A stretch of 42,541 bases of DNA from IMG/VR virus record IMGVR_UViG_2529293215_000009; one strand, 5' to 3'. Position numbers and translations under genes: made by a program. This stretch comes from a virus (taxonomy: Duplodnaviria > Heunggongvirae > Uroviricota > Caudoviricetes). Positions 9,583 through 18,519 of the stretch are shown piece after piece. Under the pieces are notes generated by a model. That model was given only the letters and a program-made list of their open reading frames with translations, was not told the origin of the DNA and searched no databases. Positions within the stretch are counted from its first letter, which is position 1. The number at the start of each line of letters is the position of its first letter.

Positions 9583-10134
9583 ATGATGATTTTACAACCC
9601 ATGGGGCGAAAAGGCCGTGCACCCGCTCATGTCCGTGCGTGGACACCTGAAGAAGATGCACTGCTGATTGCGCTTTATCCATCCACCCCGGTTAAGGATA
9701 TTGCTGTCAGGGTAAAAAGAAGTTTCTGGGGTGTACATAACCGGATTGTTTTATTACGCGGTACTTACCCGGAGTTGCTCAAATGCAAACGTCCAAGATT
9801 TAAACATGATGAAGATAAATTTATCCGAAAAAATGCCAGAACGATGACCGGTAAGCAAATAGGAGAATATCTGGGGCGAGACCGGGATTCTGTCCACAAA
9901 CGGGCGCGATATATTGGCGTAAGCATGAAAAAATACGGAGAGTTGCTGCCCTTCACCCGTATACCTGATGATGATGTTCATCTTATTCGTGAATTACGGG
10001 ATGCTGAATCACCACGACGTCTTACCTTCCGGGAAATAGGCGAGAAATTTGAATTATCCGAGAGTACGGTGAATTTTATTTATCACCATCGCCGGACTGC
10101 CGAAGATGTTGTATTACGGGAGTTAATGCCATGA
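9583..10134 (+). CDS. hypothetical protein with three HTH-like repeats
   Basis: Three internally repeated segments (WTPEEDALLIALYPSTPVKDIAVRV, DEDKFIRKNARTMTGKQIGEYLG, DDDVHLIRELRDAESPRRLTFREIGEKF). Confidence 0.45.
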   Translation: MMILQPMGRKGRAPAHVRAWTPEEDALLIALYPSTPVKDIAVRVKRSFWGVHNRIVLLRGTYPELLKCKRPRFKHDEDKFIRKNARTMTGKQIGEYLGRDRDSVHKRARYIGVSMKKYGELLPFTRIPDDDVHLIRELRDAESPRRLTFREIGEKFELSESTVNFIYHHRRTAEDVVLRELMP

Positions 10135-10442
10135 TAACGACATTATTTGTTGAATCAGACGAGCCTCTGGTATGTGCCGCCGGAATGTCGGTTTGTGGCG
10201 GAACGCTGACCGGTGTTTATTTCGGGGATTTGCGCGGTTATCCCTGGCATTCACTGGATGACGCATTTCCGCCTGATATGGAGGCTGTCGTGCTGATTGT
10301 TCAGTATGGTGACCAACAGGAACTGCGCATCGGCCATATGGGGTATGAAGGCTTTTTTATTGATGAAGAAACCGGAGCCTGCCTTGAAGATGAGGACGGA
10401 CAGGTGACGCACTGGTGCCATATTTCAGCTTTACCGGAATGA
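10131..10442 (+). CDS. hypothetical protein (accessory early region)
   Basis: 103 aa; start overlaps upstream stop (ATGA). Confidence 0.4.
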   Translation: MITTLFVESDEPLVCAAGMSVCGGTLTGVYFGDLRGYPWHSLDDAFPPDMEAVVLIVQYGDQQELRIGHMGYEGFFIDEETGACLEDEDGQVTHWCHISALPE

Positions 10443-10456
10443 CGGGAGGTGAATGC

Positions 10457-10807
10457 GTGAGAAGTTATATTGATAATGAAAAACTGAAGACAATCAGCGA
10501 CTGTCTTAGCTTGCTGGCAAAAATAAAAGAAACCATTGAAGAGATTAAATTTCAGCTTGAATACGAACCCTGTGGCGATGATACATGGCGTAACTCTGCC
10601 AGAAAAGCACTGGCTGTCTTTCAGAAACAACGCCGGACTGTTGAATACCGCCTTGCTGTATTGCGCCAGGAGGAAAAGGAAAGAAATATAAGACGTCATG
10701 AACTCGTTAATGATTTTCTTGTTCGTGAATTAAAGGAGCGTGTGCCGGAGTCGGTATTTTTTGAGTGTGAGGCTGTTGCCCGTAGCAAAGCACTGGAAAC
10801 TGATTAA
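10457..10807 (+). CDS. hypothetical protein (start uncertain)
   Basis: ORF 10415..10807; GTG at 10457 preceded by GGGAGGTGA; coiled-coil-like composition. Confidence 0.35.
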   Translation: MRSYIDNEKLKTISDCLSLLAKIKETIEEIKFQLEYEPCGDDTWRNSARKALAVFQKQRRTVEYRLAVLRQEEKERNIRRHELVNDFLVRELKERVPESVFFECEAVARSKALETD

Positions 10808-10819
10808 ACAGGCAGGTGA

Positions 10820-11155
10820 ATGATGAGTATTGAATTAAGATCGTCTTATGAATATCGTAAAATTCTCATCGCCGGAGGCATGAAACCGGAAGATGCAGAA
10901 AAAATCGTTTCTTTTATGGATAAAGAATGTGACAAACGGGATATGCCAGAAATTATTATGGATGACATGATTCTGCATTCAGCCGTAGCGTTAAGCCCGT
11001 TATGGATTGTGCATTCTCTTGCTGAAATTGCCAAAGGCACCGATAAACAGGCAGCTGTTGCTGCCCTTCAGACGCTTAATGAAATGCGTATATCTCCACG
11101 CCCGACATTAATACATATGATTCTGTCCAGCATGGAGGATAAAGCAAATGAATAG
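10820..11155 (+). CDS. hypothetical protein (accessory early region)
   Basis: 111 aa ORF. Confidence 0.4.
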   Translation: MMSIELRSSYEYRKILIAGGMKPEDAEKIVSFMDKECDKRDMPEIIMDDMILHSAVALSPLWIVHSLAEIAKGTDKQAAVAALQTLNEMRISPRPTLIHMILSSMEDKANE

Positions 11156-11345
11156 TCTACCCGCTGGATGGGCGCGGCCACTAATGGCCAGGAAGCATCA
11201 TTTTTTTAAAACAGGCGAAAATATCAGTATATGTGGACGGTGGTTATATCTGGCTCATAATCGCGAGCCGGATACATTTGAAAGCCCTGATGACTGTGCC
11301 GAATGCCGCAGAAGAGTGAATAAGGAGAAAGATAATGGACAATAG
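11148..11345 (+). CDS. hypothetical small protein, possible Cys-rich metal-binding
   Basis: 65 aa; Cys at ICGRW and DDCAECRRR. Confidence 0.35.
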   Translation: MNSLPAGWARPLMARKHHFFKTGENISICGRWLYLAHNREPDTFESPDDCAECRRRVNKEKDNGQ

Positions 11346-11631
11346 TTCTCTGTTGTTCTGGTGCTTATATATCACATCCTTTTTCGGCGCATTTGTTATT
11401 ACCCGGTGGTTATGTCGAAAAATCATCTGCTTTTTTGATAAAAGACATCCGGTTGAACGGGCGGCTGATGCGCTCATTCAGCAGGCCATTGTGTTATATA
11501 GCGGTGAATTTTTCTGCCGGATAACAACCAGAGATGGCTGGCACATAATGATTATTCCACCAACACACCATGCCCGGTGGGATGAGGCAGAAAAGGCTTT
11601 CCATGTCCGTAAAAAGGTAAATACGGTATGA
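11335..11631 (+). CDS. hypothetical small membrane protein
   Basis: 98 aa; hydrophobic N-terminus LLFWCLYITSFFGAFVITRWL. Confidence 0.35.
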   Translation: MDNSSLLFWCLYITSFFGAFVITRWLCRKIICFFDKRHPVERAADALIQQAIVLYSGEFFCRITTRDGWHIMIIPPTHHARWDEAEKAFHVRKKVNTV

Positions 11632-12137
11632 GAGGAAAACTGATATCCGCCATTCATGTGGCAAAGCGCGAGCTTGCCCTGGATGATGAGACTTATACAT
11701 CCGCGCTGCTGGCAGCCACCGGCAAAACCAGCTGCCGGGATATGTCACCGGATGAGTTATCCCGCGTGCTGGATGTTTTCAAAAAACGCGGTTTTAAAGT
11801 GCGTCAGAACCCGGTTAACCGGGCCTTAAAACCGGGTACGGTGACCGCCAAAATTCGCGCCATCTGGAAGGTGATGCACCGGCAGGGCTTTATCACCGAT
11901 GGTGCGGAAACCGCCCTTAACCGCTGGGTGAAATCGCAGACGGCCGCGCAGAACGGCGGCGAAGGTGTGGCAAACTGGCAGTGGCTGGAGCAACACCCCG
12001 CCCTGGCCTCAGATGTGCTGGAGCGTCTCAAGCGATGGCACCGCCGCAAAATGCTGGCCGCGATGGGAATGCCCGAACGCACGCTGATGGGGTATGACGC
12101 CGTTTGCAGGCAGTATGAAAAATCACTTCCCCGTTAA
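11628..12137 (+). CDS. gemA: GemA-like protein (Mu gp16 family)
   Basis: N-terminus LISAIHVAKRELALDDETYTSALLAATGKTS...FKKRGFKV matches the conserved gp16/GemA pattern; sits just before mor as in Mu. Confidence 0.75.
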   Translation: MRGKLISAIHVAKRELALDDETYTSALLAATGKTSCRDMSPDELSRVLDVFKKRGFKVRQNPVNRALKPGTVTAKIRAIWKVMHRQGFITDGAETALNRWVKSQTAAQNGGEGVANWQWLEQHPALASDVLERLKRWHRRKMLAAMGMPERTLMGYDAVCRQYEKSLPR

Positions 12138-12142
12138 CCCCA

Positions 12143-12172
12143 AATCCCGCCACAACGCGGGATTTTTATTTT
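12143..12172 (+). terminator. intrinsic terminator at end of early operon
   Basis: AAATCCCGC cacaac GCGGGATTT hairpin followed by TTTTATTTT, right after gemA stop. Confidence 0.65.
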
Positions 12173-12206
12173 AAACTTACCGGGAACGCGAGAACCGGAG
12201 GCTGAT

Positions 12207-12632
12207 ATGGCAGAAACTCAGATGAGCATGTTTGGTGGTGACAGTGAGCAACTGCACGCCCTTATCGACCGCCTTGATGACATCCCTGATGATGTTCTCA
12301 AAAAGAACTGGCCGCGGACCCTGTCAGAACTGGTTGAAGTCACCGGCGCAGAACTTCAGCGTCAGGGGATTGAGCCGGTACTGGCCGGTAAACTGGCACG
12401 CAAGGTGGCTGCGGCTCAGGCAGCCTATATGGGCGGACGGGGTTATTACCTGCCGGTCGGGGAATCTCTCTTTGCCGAGCTGCGAAACAATGAGATATTT
12501 TCGCGCTGGGACCGGGGCGAGAAAATTGAATCCCTTCGCCGCCATTACCGGATGTCAGAAACCCAGATTTATACCGTCATACGTGAACAGCGCCGTCTGC
12601 ATCTGGCAAGAACGCAACCGCCACTTTTCTGA
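12207..12632 (+). CDS. mor: Mor/C-family transcriptional activator
   Basis: 141 aa; LRNNEIFSRWDRGEKIESLRRHYRMSETQIYTVIREQRR parallels Mu Mor IRDLRIWNDFNGRNVSELTTRYGVTFNTVYKAIRRMRR. Confidence 0.8.
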   Translation: MAETQMSMFGGDSEQLHALIDRLDDIPDDVLKKNWPRTLSELVEVTGAELQRQGIEPVLAGKLARKVAAAQAAYMGGRGYYLPVGESLFAELRNNEIFSRWDRGEKIESLRRHYRMSETQIYTVIREQRRLHLARTQPPLF

Positions 12633-12703
12633 TATTCCGCAAAGCCTGCCGCCTTTCCTTCACCGTTACGCTGACTCAGAGAACATCATGAGACAGCGTA
12701 ACA

Positions 12704-13204
12704 ATGCCAAAACTCCCCGCACCACTGCGTAAAAAGCTGATTGCCCTTGTTCTGGCCGGTGCCGGGACGTTCACGATTGCCACGCATTACACCGGTTACT
12801 GGGAAGGGAAAGAAAACTCCACGTATATCGATCCCACCGGTACACCCACCATCTGTTACGGCCATACCGGCCCGGATGTGAAACCGGGTATGACCCTGAC
12901 GGATGAAGAATGCCTGGAACTACTGGAAAAGGACATGAAATGGGCCTTTGCGGCCATTGATCGGCGTGTTCAGGTGCCGCTTACCCGTGGTCAGACTGTG
13001 GCGCTGGCTTCGTGGATCTTCTGGGCCGGTGAAACGAACTTCCGCAACTCCACGCTTCTGCGCCTGATCAATGCCGGGCAGATGCCCGCGTCCTGTAAGC
13101 AGTATATCCGCTGGATTTATTCAAAGGGGGTGAAACTCCCCGGCCTTGAGGCCCGCCGTTCGGCGGATGAATGGTTATGTCGCTACGACTTGCCGAAAGT
13201 CTGA
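12704..13204 (+). CDS. lys: endolysin (lysozyme-like) with N-terminal signal-anchor (SAR type)
   Basis: Hydrophobic N-terminus KLIALVLAGAGTFTIATHY then E-x8-D-x5-T lysozyme catalytic spacing in EGKENSTYIDPTGTPTICYGHT. Confidence 0.8.
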   Translation: MPKLPAPLRKKLIALVLAGAGTFTIATHYTGYWEGKENSTYIDPTGTPTICYGHTGPDVKPGMTLTDEECLELLEKDMKWAFAAIDRRVQVPLTRGQTVALASWIFWAGETNFRNSTLLRLINAGQMPASCKQYIRWIYSKGVKLPGLEARRSADEWLCRYDLPKV

Positions 13205-13316
13205 ACCGCTTCTGGCGACCGCTCATGATAGCGCTGCTGTGTGCGGTACTGCTGTTACGGGGTGTCCTGTGGCTGCGGTGAATAATGCCTTACCGGCCCT
13301 GATTGCCGGGGCGTGC

Positions 13317-13667
13317 ATGGCGGCGCTGGGGATTATCGCTGTACTGGTTGCCGCGATATGGGGAATGCACCAGAAGACGCAGCGCCTTGAAGACAATAAT
13401 CAGGTGCTTGTGCGTGAGCGGGATGAGGCGCGTCAGGTGCTGGCAAATCAGCAGCACACCCTGCAACTCATTTCACAAATCAGTGAGGCGGCCACGAATG
13501 AAAAACAACAGAACATTCAGCACAGCGAGGGGCAGCAGAGCGTTGTCCGCCGGTCGCTGGCAGCAGTGCCTGCGGCCTCTGCCCCTGTTCCTGATGATGT
13601 GGCTGATCGGGTGCGCCGGGCCGTCTGTGAAATACGTGCCTGTGAAGCCGGTGCCGATCCCCGCTGA
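13317..13667 (+). CDS. i-spanin (Rz-like)
   Basis: N-terminal TM MAALGIIAVLVAAIW followed by coiled-coil-like QRLEDNNQVLVRERDEARQVL; directly after endolysin; start chosen at first ATG after lys. Confidence 0.55.
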   Translation: MAALGIIAVLVAAIWGMHQKTQRLEDNNQVLVRERDEARQVLANQQHTLQLISQISEAATNEKQQNIQHSEGQQSVVRRSLAAVPAASAPVPDDVADRVRRAVCEIRACEAGADPR

Positions 13668-13869
13668 ATGGCTGGCTGACTGCCTGGTCCCTCCTGCGCC
13701 GGAGCCGTTCACGTTTGGGGCATCGGTCACTTACAACCTGCAACTGCTGGCGGTGATCAAGAACTGCAACGTGGACAAGGCCAGTATTCGTCGTCTGGAG
13801 ACGCGGCGACAACATGAATTTACTGATATGGCCGGAACGCCTGCTGTTCCGGCAGGAAAAACGAAGTAA
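13498..13869 (+). CDS. o-spanin candidate (Rz1-like lipoprotein), overlapping i-spanin in another frame
   Basis: Alternate-frame ORF with lipobox-like LIGC and proline-rich mature region (VKYVPVKPVPIPAEW...PPAPEP); start uncertain. Confidence 0.45.
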   Translation: MKNNRTFSTARGSRALSAGRWQQCLRPLPLFLMMWLIGCAGPSVKYVPVKPVPIPAEWLADCLVPPAPEPFTFGASVTYNLQLLAVIKNCNVDKASIRRLETRRQHEFTDMAGTPAVPAGKTK

Positions 13870-13878
13870 GGAAAAGGT

Positions 13879-14106
13879 ATGGATGATTCAGATCGTGCTC
13901 AGGCTGTGATGGAGCGGGGATCAGAACGCGCCCTTTGTAACCGGCTGACACGTAAGCGCCAGGCAGTGGATACGCCGGGCAGACGTGTCTGCGCGGACTG
14001 TGGCGGAGAGATCCCCGCCGCACGTCTTGTTGCTGTGCCTGATGCCATCCGTTGTGTGAACTGCCAGAACATCATGGAGGCCCGTAATGTGGGTCAGCAT
14101 CGTTAA
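13879..14106 (+). CDS. TraR/DksA-family C4 zinc-finger protein
   Basis: 75 aa with CADCGGEIPAARL...IRCVNCQ four-Cys arrangement typical of TraR/DksA. Confidence 0.6.
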   Translation: MDDSDRAQAVMERGSERALCNRLTRKRQAVDTPGRRVCADCGGEIPAARLVAVPDAIRCVNCQNIMEARNVGQHR

Positions 14107-14395
14107 AGATTATGTTGTGCCGATCCTTTCGGCGACGGCAACCGCTGGCGGGATATTCATGGCGCTGATGCGCAAAACGTTTGTCCCCCGCGAGGCCTTT
14201 GAAAAACTCTCCGACCGCGTTGAGAAGGTGGAAACCCGCCTGTCGTCACTGCCGACAGAAGCCGAGGTCAACCGTCTGAATGTGGAAATCGTGACCCTGC
14301 GGGGTGAACTGAAAACCACGAACGCCACGCTCCGCTCTGTCTCCTATCAGAACGAACTGCTGCTGGAGCAGGCTGTAAGGAAAAAAACGCAATGA
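14087..14395 (+). CDS. small membrane protein (positional equivalent of Mu gp25)
   Basis: 102 aa; N-terminal TM VVPILSATATAGGIFMALM then coiled-coil; lies between lysis genes and terminase genes. Confidence 0.4.
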   Translation: MWVSIVKDYVVPILSATATAGGIFMALMRKTFVPREAFEKLSDRVEKVETRLSSLPTEAEVNRLNVEIVTLRGELKTTNATLRSVSYQNELLLEQAVRKKTQ

Positions 14396-14682
14396 GTGAT
14401 TTCATTACTGAAGATCAGCGTCTGGTCATTCTGCGGTCGCTGGCAGATTACAACGGTGAACTGGGTGAATCCGTGCTCCAGGACTGTCTGGATGATTACG
14501 GCCACCGCGTGTCCCGCGACACCGTTCACACCCACATTGCCTGGCTTGCCGAGCAGGGACTGGTGCGCAAACGCGTTCTGATTAACGGTTATTTCATCGC
14601 AGAGCTGACCGGCCGGGGGCAGGATGTGGCGGAAGGCCGGGCCTGCGTTCCGGGTGTGAAGAAACCACGCGCAAGGGGGTAA
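14392..14682 (+). CDS. hypothetical protein (Mu gp26 position)
   Basis: 96 aa ORF translationally coupled to neighbours, just upstream of small-terminase-like gene. Confidence 0.45.
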   Translation: MSDFITEDQRLVILRSLADYNGELGESVLQDCLDDYGHRVSRDTVHTHIAWLAEQGLVRKRVLINGYFIAELTGRGQDVAEGRACVPGVKKPRARG

Positions 14683-14684
14683 CG

Positions 14685-15266
14685 ATGGACAAGCCGACGC
14701 GTGGTCGTGTACGCAAGGTGGATTTGCTCCCCGACAGCATCCGTAAGCCGCTGCTGGAAATGCTGCGTGAAAAACGTCTGACGCAGGTCCAGATCCGCGA
14801 GGAAATCAACCGTCTGATCCGTGAGGCGGGCCTGCCGGAAGAGCAGCAGCTTTCACCGGCGGCCATCAGCCGGGAAGCCTCCCGTAATGAGCTGATTGCC
14901 CGTAACCTGCGTGATTTACGCGAGCAGACAAAAGCCATGATGGCCGAACTGGGGGACAAGCCAACCGGTGAAACCACAGCGCTGATTCTGGAAATGTCCC
15001 GCGCCCTGATGTACCGCCGCCTGCGTGCCGCGACCGAATCTCTGAACAGCGACAGCGACGTGGATATGCGCCTCATCAAAGACATCCTCCTGTCAGCACA
15101 GCGTGCGGAAAGTGCCGCCGAGCGCAGCATTAAGCGTGAAAAAGAAATCCGGGCCGCATTTGCTGAAGAGATGGCAAACGCGGTCACCGACGAGCTGCGC
15201 GGCGTGGACGGGATGAGTGAACAGCTTGAGTCCCGTATTAAGGGGATTCTGTTGGGTAAAGCCTGA
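14685..15266 (+). CDS. terminase small-subunit-like protein (Mu gp27 position)
   Basis: 193 aa, basic N-terminus, immediately upstream of large terminase with overlapping stop/start. Confidence 0.6.
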   Translation: MDKPTRGRVRKVDLLPDSIRKPLLEMLREKRLTQVQIREEINRLIREAGLPEEQQLSPAAISREASRNELIARNLRDLREQTKAMMAELGDKPTGETTALILEMSRALMYRRLRAATESLNSDSDVDMRLIKDILLSAQRAESAAERSIKREKEIRAAFAEEMANAVTDELRGVDGMSEQLESRIKGILLGKA

Positions 15267-16930
15267 TGAATAACGCCGAAGAACTCTCACCCTTACTGAC
15301 GAATACCGTCTCCACCCGCAAAATTGATCTGGCCGGTGAAAAAGCCCTGCTGGGCGTGGATGTGCCGGACAGCCTTGATTTGCCCGGTGATATGCCGGTG
15401 TTTCTGGATTATCAGGCCCGCTGGTTTGAGGATGAAAGCGAGGTCTGCATCGCGGAAAAATCCCGCCGTACCGGGCTTACCTGGGCGGAAGCCGGGCGTA
15501 ACGTCATTACCGCTGCAAAACCGAAGCGGCGCGGTGGCCGCAATGTGTTTTATGTGGGGTCAAAGCAGGAGATGGCGCTGGAATATATTTCTGCCTGCGC
15601 ACTGTTCTCCCGTGCCTTTAACCAGCTGGCAGATGCTGATGTGTATGAGCAGACCTTCTGGGATCGGGATAAAAAAGAAGAAATTCTGACCTACATGATC
15701 CGCTTTCCGAACAGTGGATTCAAAATTCAGGCACTGTCTTCCCGTCCGTCAAACCTGCGCGGCCTTCAGGGGGATGTGGTGATTGATGAAGCCGCGTTCC
15801 ACGAGTCACTGGATGAGCTTCTCAAGGCGGCAATGGCGCTCACCATGTGGGGCGCGCGCGTGCGTATTATCTCCACGCATAACGGCGTCGATAATCTGTT
15901 TAATCAGTACATTCAGGAAGCCCGCGAGGGGCGCAAGGATTACAGCGTCCACCGCATTACCCTGGATGATGCCATTGCGGACGGGCTGTACCGTCGTATC
16001 TGTTATGTCACCGGCCGCGAATGGTCGCCGGAAAGCGAGCAGAAGTGGCGTGATGATCTCTACAAAAACGCCCCGACCCGTGAGGATGCCGACGAGGAAT
16101 ACGGCTGTATCCCGAAAAAATCCGGCGGTGCCTATATTCCTCACGCGCTTATTGAAATGGCGATGATCCGCGACATCCCGATTCTGACGTTTGAAGCCCC
16201 GGACGACTTCATCAGCCGTGCCGCATGGCTGCGTGAATCGGAGGTTTTAACCTGGTCTGAAGAACATTTAAAACCGCTTTTAGAGGCGTTAAATCCCCGT
16301 TCCCGCTTCAGCTTCGGGGAAGACTTTGCCCGCACCGGTGACCTCTCCTGCTTTGTGCTGCTGGAAATCACTGAATCCCTGGCAAAACGCGAGGTGTTTC
16401 GCGTGGAGCTGCGTAACCTGCCATATGCCCAGCAGGAGCAGGTGATGATGTACATCCTGACCCGCGTTCCGGCCCTGGTTGGTGCAGCGTTCGACGCCAC
16501 CGGTAACGGCGGCTATCTGGCCGAAGCCGCGCTGCTGGCCTTTGGCCCGGACATCATCGACAGCGTGATGTTATCGCCGAAGTGGTACGGCGAGTGGATG
16601 CCAAAACTGAAGGCCGAGTTTGAAGATCAGAATATCCTCGTCGCCCGCCATCAGACCACGCTTGATGATTTGCGCCATGTGAAGGTGGTTAACGGTATCC
16701 CGCAAATCGACAAGGGGCGTACGAAGGACCAGAACGCAACGGCTGTGAACGCCCGCCGCCATGGTGATTTTGCCGTGGCGCTCTGTATGGCAAACCGGGC
16801 GTCATACATGGAGGGCTTCATCCTGGATGAATCAGCCTGTCAGGCGCTGCCGGAGCGGTCGCGGGCAATAGAGGGCGGTTATCGTGATGACGATGAGGCA
16901 TATCATGAATTTGATCGGGGGTGCTGGTAG
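15266..16930 (+). CDS. terminase large subunit (Mu gp28-like)
   Basis: 554 aa; position between small terminase-like gene and portal; acidic nuclease-like motifs (VIDEAAF). Confidence 0.8.
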   Translation: MNNAEELSPLLTNTVSTRKIDLAGEKALLGVDVPDSLDLPGDMPVFLDYQARWFEDESEVCIAEKSRRTGLTWAEAGRNVITAAKPKRRGGRNVFYVGSKQEMALEYISACALFSRAFNQLADADVYEQTFWDRDKKEEILTYMIRFPNSGFKIQALSSRPSNLRGLQGDVVIDEAAFHESLDELLKAAMALTMWGARVRIISTHNGVDNLFNQYIQEAREGRKDYSVHRITLDDAIADGLYRRICYVTGREWSPESEQKWRDDLYKNAPTREDADEEYGCIPKKSGGAYIPHALIEMAMIRDIPILTFEAPDDFISRAAWLRESEVLTWSEEHLKPLLEALNPRSRFSFGEDFARTGDLSCFVLLEITESLAKREVFRVELRNLPYAQQEQVMMYILTRVPALVGAAFDATGNGGYLAEAALLAFGPDIIDSVMLSPKWYGEWMPKLKAEFEDQNILVARHQTTLDDLRHVKVVNGIPQIDKGRTKDQNATAVNARRHGDFAVALCMANRASYMEGFILDESACQALPERSRAIEGGYRDDDEAYHEFDRGCW

Positions 16931-18519
16931 TGGGACGCATAATTGATCTTGACGGAAAACCTTTCTCCTTTGACCCGGAGATGCAGAGTGCCGCGCTGGA
17001 TATTCCGCAGATTGCCAGCCGTTATATTGAACATCCGGCCTCGGGTATCACCCCGAACCGGGCGGCACAGTGCCTTCGCGGGGCTGAACGTGGCGATCTG
17101 ATTGCCCAGTCCGATCTTGCCGCTGACATTGAAGAAAAGGATACCCACCTTTTTGCTGAGCTGGGCAAGCGACGCCTTGCCATTCAGGGGGTGCCCTGGA
17201 GTATTGAGCCGCCACCGAACGCCAGCGCGAATGAGAAAAAGGACGCGGAAATGCTCGACGAATATCTGCATTCCGCCGACTGGTTTGATGCCATGCTGTT
17301 TGATGCCACCGATGCCATCCTGAAAGGCTATTCCTGCATGGAGATTGAGCACGGGATGCTCGGTAAAATGCACATCATCCGCGCCATCCGCTGGCGTGAC
17401 AGCGGGCATTTCTGCCTTAACCCGGATGATTTGAGCGAACTGCGGCTGCGTGACGGCAGCCATGCCGGGGTGGCGTTTCAGCCCTTTGGCTGGATAGTGC
17501 ATCAGTCACGTTCACGCACCGGTTACGGCGGCGCAACGGGGCTTGTCAGGACGCTTATCTGGCCGTTCATTTTCAAAAACTATTCCGTGCGCGATCTGGC
17601 TGAATTTCTGGAGGTGTACGGCCTGCCGATGAAGGTCGGTAAATACCCGTCCGGGGCAACGCCGGAGCAGAAAAGCGCCCTGATGCGGGCGGTGATGGAT
17701 ATCGGGCGACGTACAGGCGGGATCATCCCGGCCGGGATGTCGCTGGAGTTTCAGGCGGCAGCGAACGGTCAGGCCGATCCGTTTGAAACCATGATTTCGT
17801 GGGGGGAGCGTTCCATCTCCAAAGCTATCCTCGGCGGCACGCTGACCACGGAAGCCGGAGACAAGGGCGCGCGCTCGCTGGGTGAAGTGCATAACGAGGT
17901 GCGCCGGGAAATCAGGGATTCTGATTTACGTCAGCTGGCCGCCACGCTGAACCGCGATCTGGTGTATCCGCTGTATGCCCTGAACACCGCCCACGCCATA
18001 GATATCCGTCGCCTGCCGCGTATCTGTTTCCAGACAAAAGAGCCGGGGGATATCACCAAAATCACCAGTGCGGTGATGCAGCTCAGTACGGGGATGGATA
18101 TTTCTGATCCCTGGATACGTGAGCAGACGGGTATTCCGCAGCCCACGCCCGGCGAAGCCATCTTCCGTGTCCGTCAGAGTGGCAATGAACCTGCTCAGAC
18201 AGACAAAGAGATGCCACCGGAAAAACAGGAGAAGACAGAGCAGACGGCGCTGGCTGCCAGACTGCCGGAAGCGAAGAGCAGCCCCCGAGATGAACTGGAC
18301 GACATGGGGGATGCGGTGCCTGCCCGTCGGTTACAGGAGGCCATCGACCCGGTACTGGAGCCGGTCATTGATGCCATCAGAACGCGGGGGCTGGCGGAGG
18401 CACTGGCAGACCTGCCTGCCCTTTACCGTGAAATGGATGATTCCCGCCTGATGACGCTGCTCAGTGATGCCATGTTTGCTGCGGAAATGAAGGGGATGCT
18501 GGATGGCACAAGGGATTGA
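16921..18519 (+). CDS. portal protein (Mu gp29-like)
   Basis: 532 aa directly after large terminase and before F-like gene; GTG start at 16921 uncertain. Confidence 0.75.
   Translation: MLVVGRIIDLDGKPFSFDPEMQSAALDIPQIASRYIEHPASGITPNRAAQCLRGAERGDLIAQSDLAADIEEKDTHLFAELGKRRLAIQGVPWSIEPPPNASANEKKDAEMLDEYLHSADWFDAMLFDATDAILKGYSCMEIEHGMLGKMHIIRAIRWRDSGHFCLNPDDLSELRLRDGSHAGVAFQPFGWIVHQSRSRTGYGGATGLVRTLIWPFIFKNYSVRDLAEFLEVYGLPMKVGKYPSGATPEQKSALMRAVMDIGRRTGGIIPAGMSLEFQAAANGQADPFETMISWGERSISKAILGGTLTTEAGDKGARSLGEVHNEVRREIRDSDLRQLAATLNRDLVYPLYALNTAHAIDIRRLPRICFQTKEPGDITKITSAVMQLSTGMDISDPWIREQTGIPQPTPGEAIFRVRQSGNEPAQTDKEMPPEKQEKTEQTALAARLPEAKSSPRDELDDMGDAVPARRLQEAIDPVLEPVIDAIRTRGLAEALADLPALYREMDDSRLMTLLSDAMFAAEMKGMLDGTRD

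Noticed and set aside
12232-12732. 166-aa alternate-frame ORF overlapping the Mor-like gene and the start of lys
   Set aside because: Overlaps a gene with clear Mor-family motifs in another frame; translation is low-complexity with no start context; treated as a shadow frame.
14594-15187. 197-aa minus-strand ORF antisense to the small-terminase-like gene; similar long antisense ORFs at 16903..17502, 21164..21727, 21598..22155, 24206..25132, 30635..31438 and 4402..4899
   Set aside because: All lie wholly inside well-supported plus-strand genes of the co-directional structural operon, have Arg/Ser/Ala-rich low-complexity translations typical of shadow frames in GC-rich coding DNA, and lack plausible start contexts.
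15324-16166. Alternate-frame plus-strand ORFs inside the large terminase gene (15324..15689, 15783..16166)
   Set aside because: Embedded entirely in the terminase reading frame; Arg/Cys/Trp-rich translations typical of out-of-frame GC-rich DNA.
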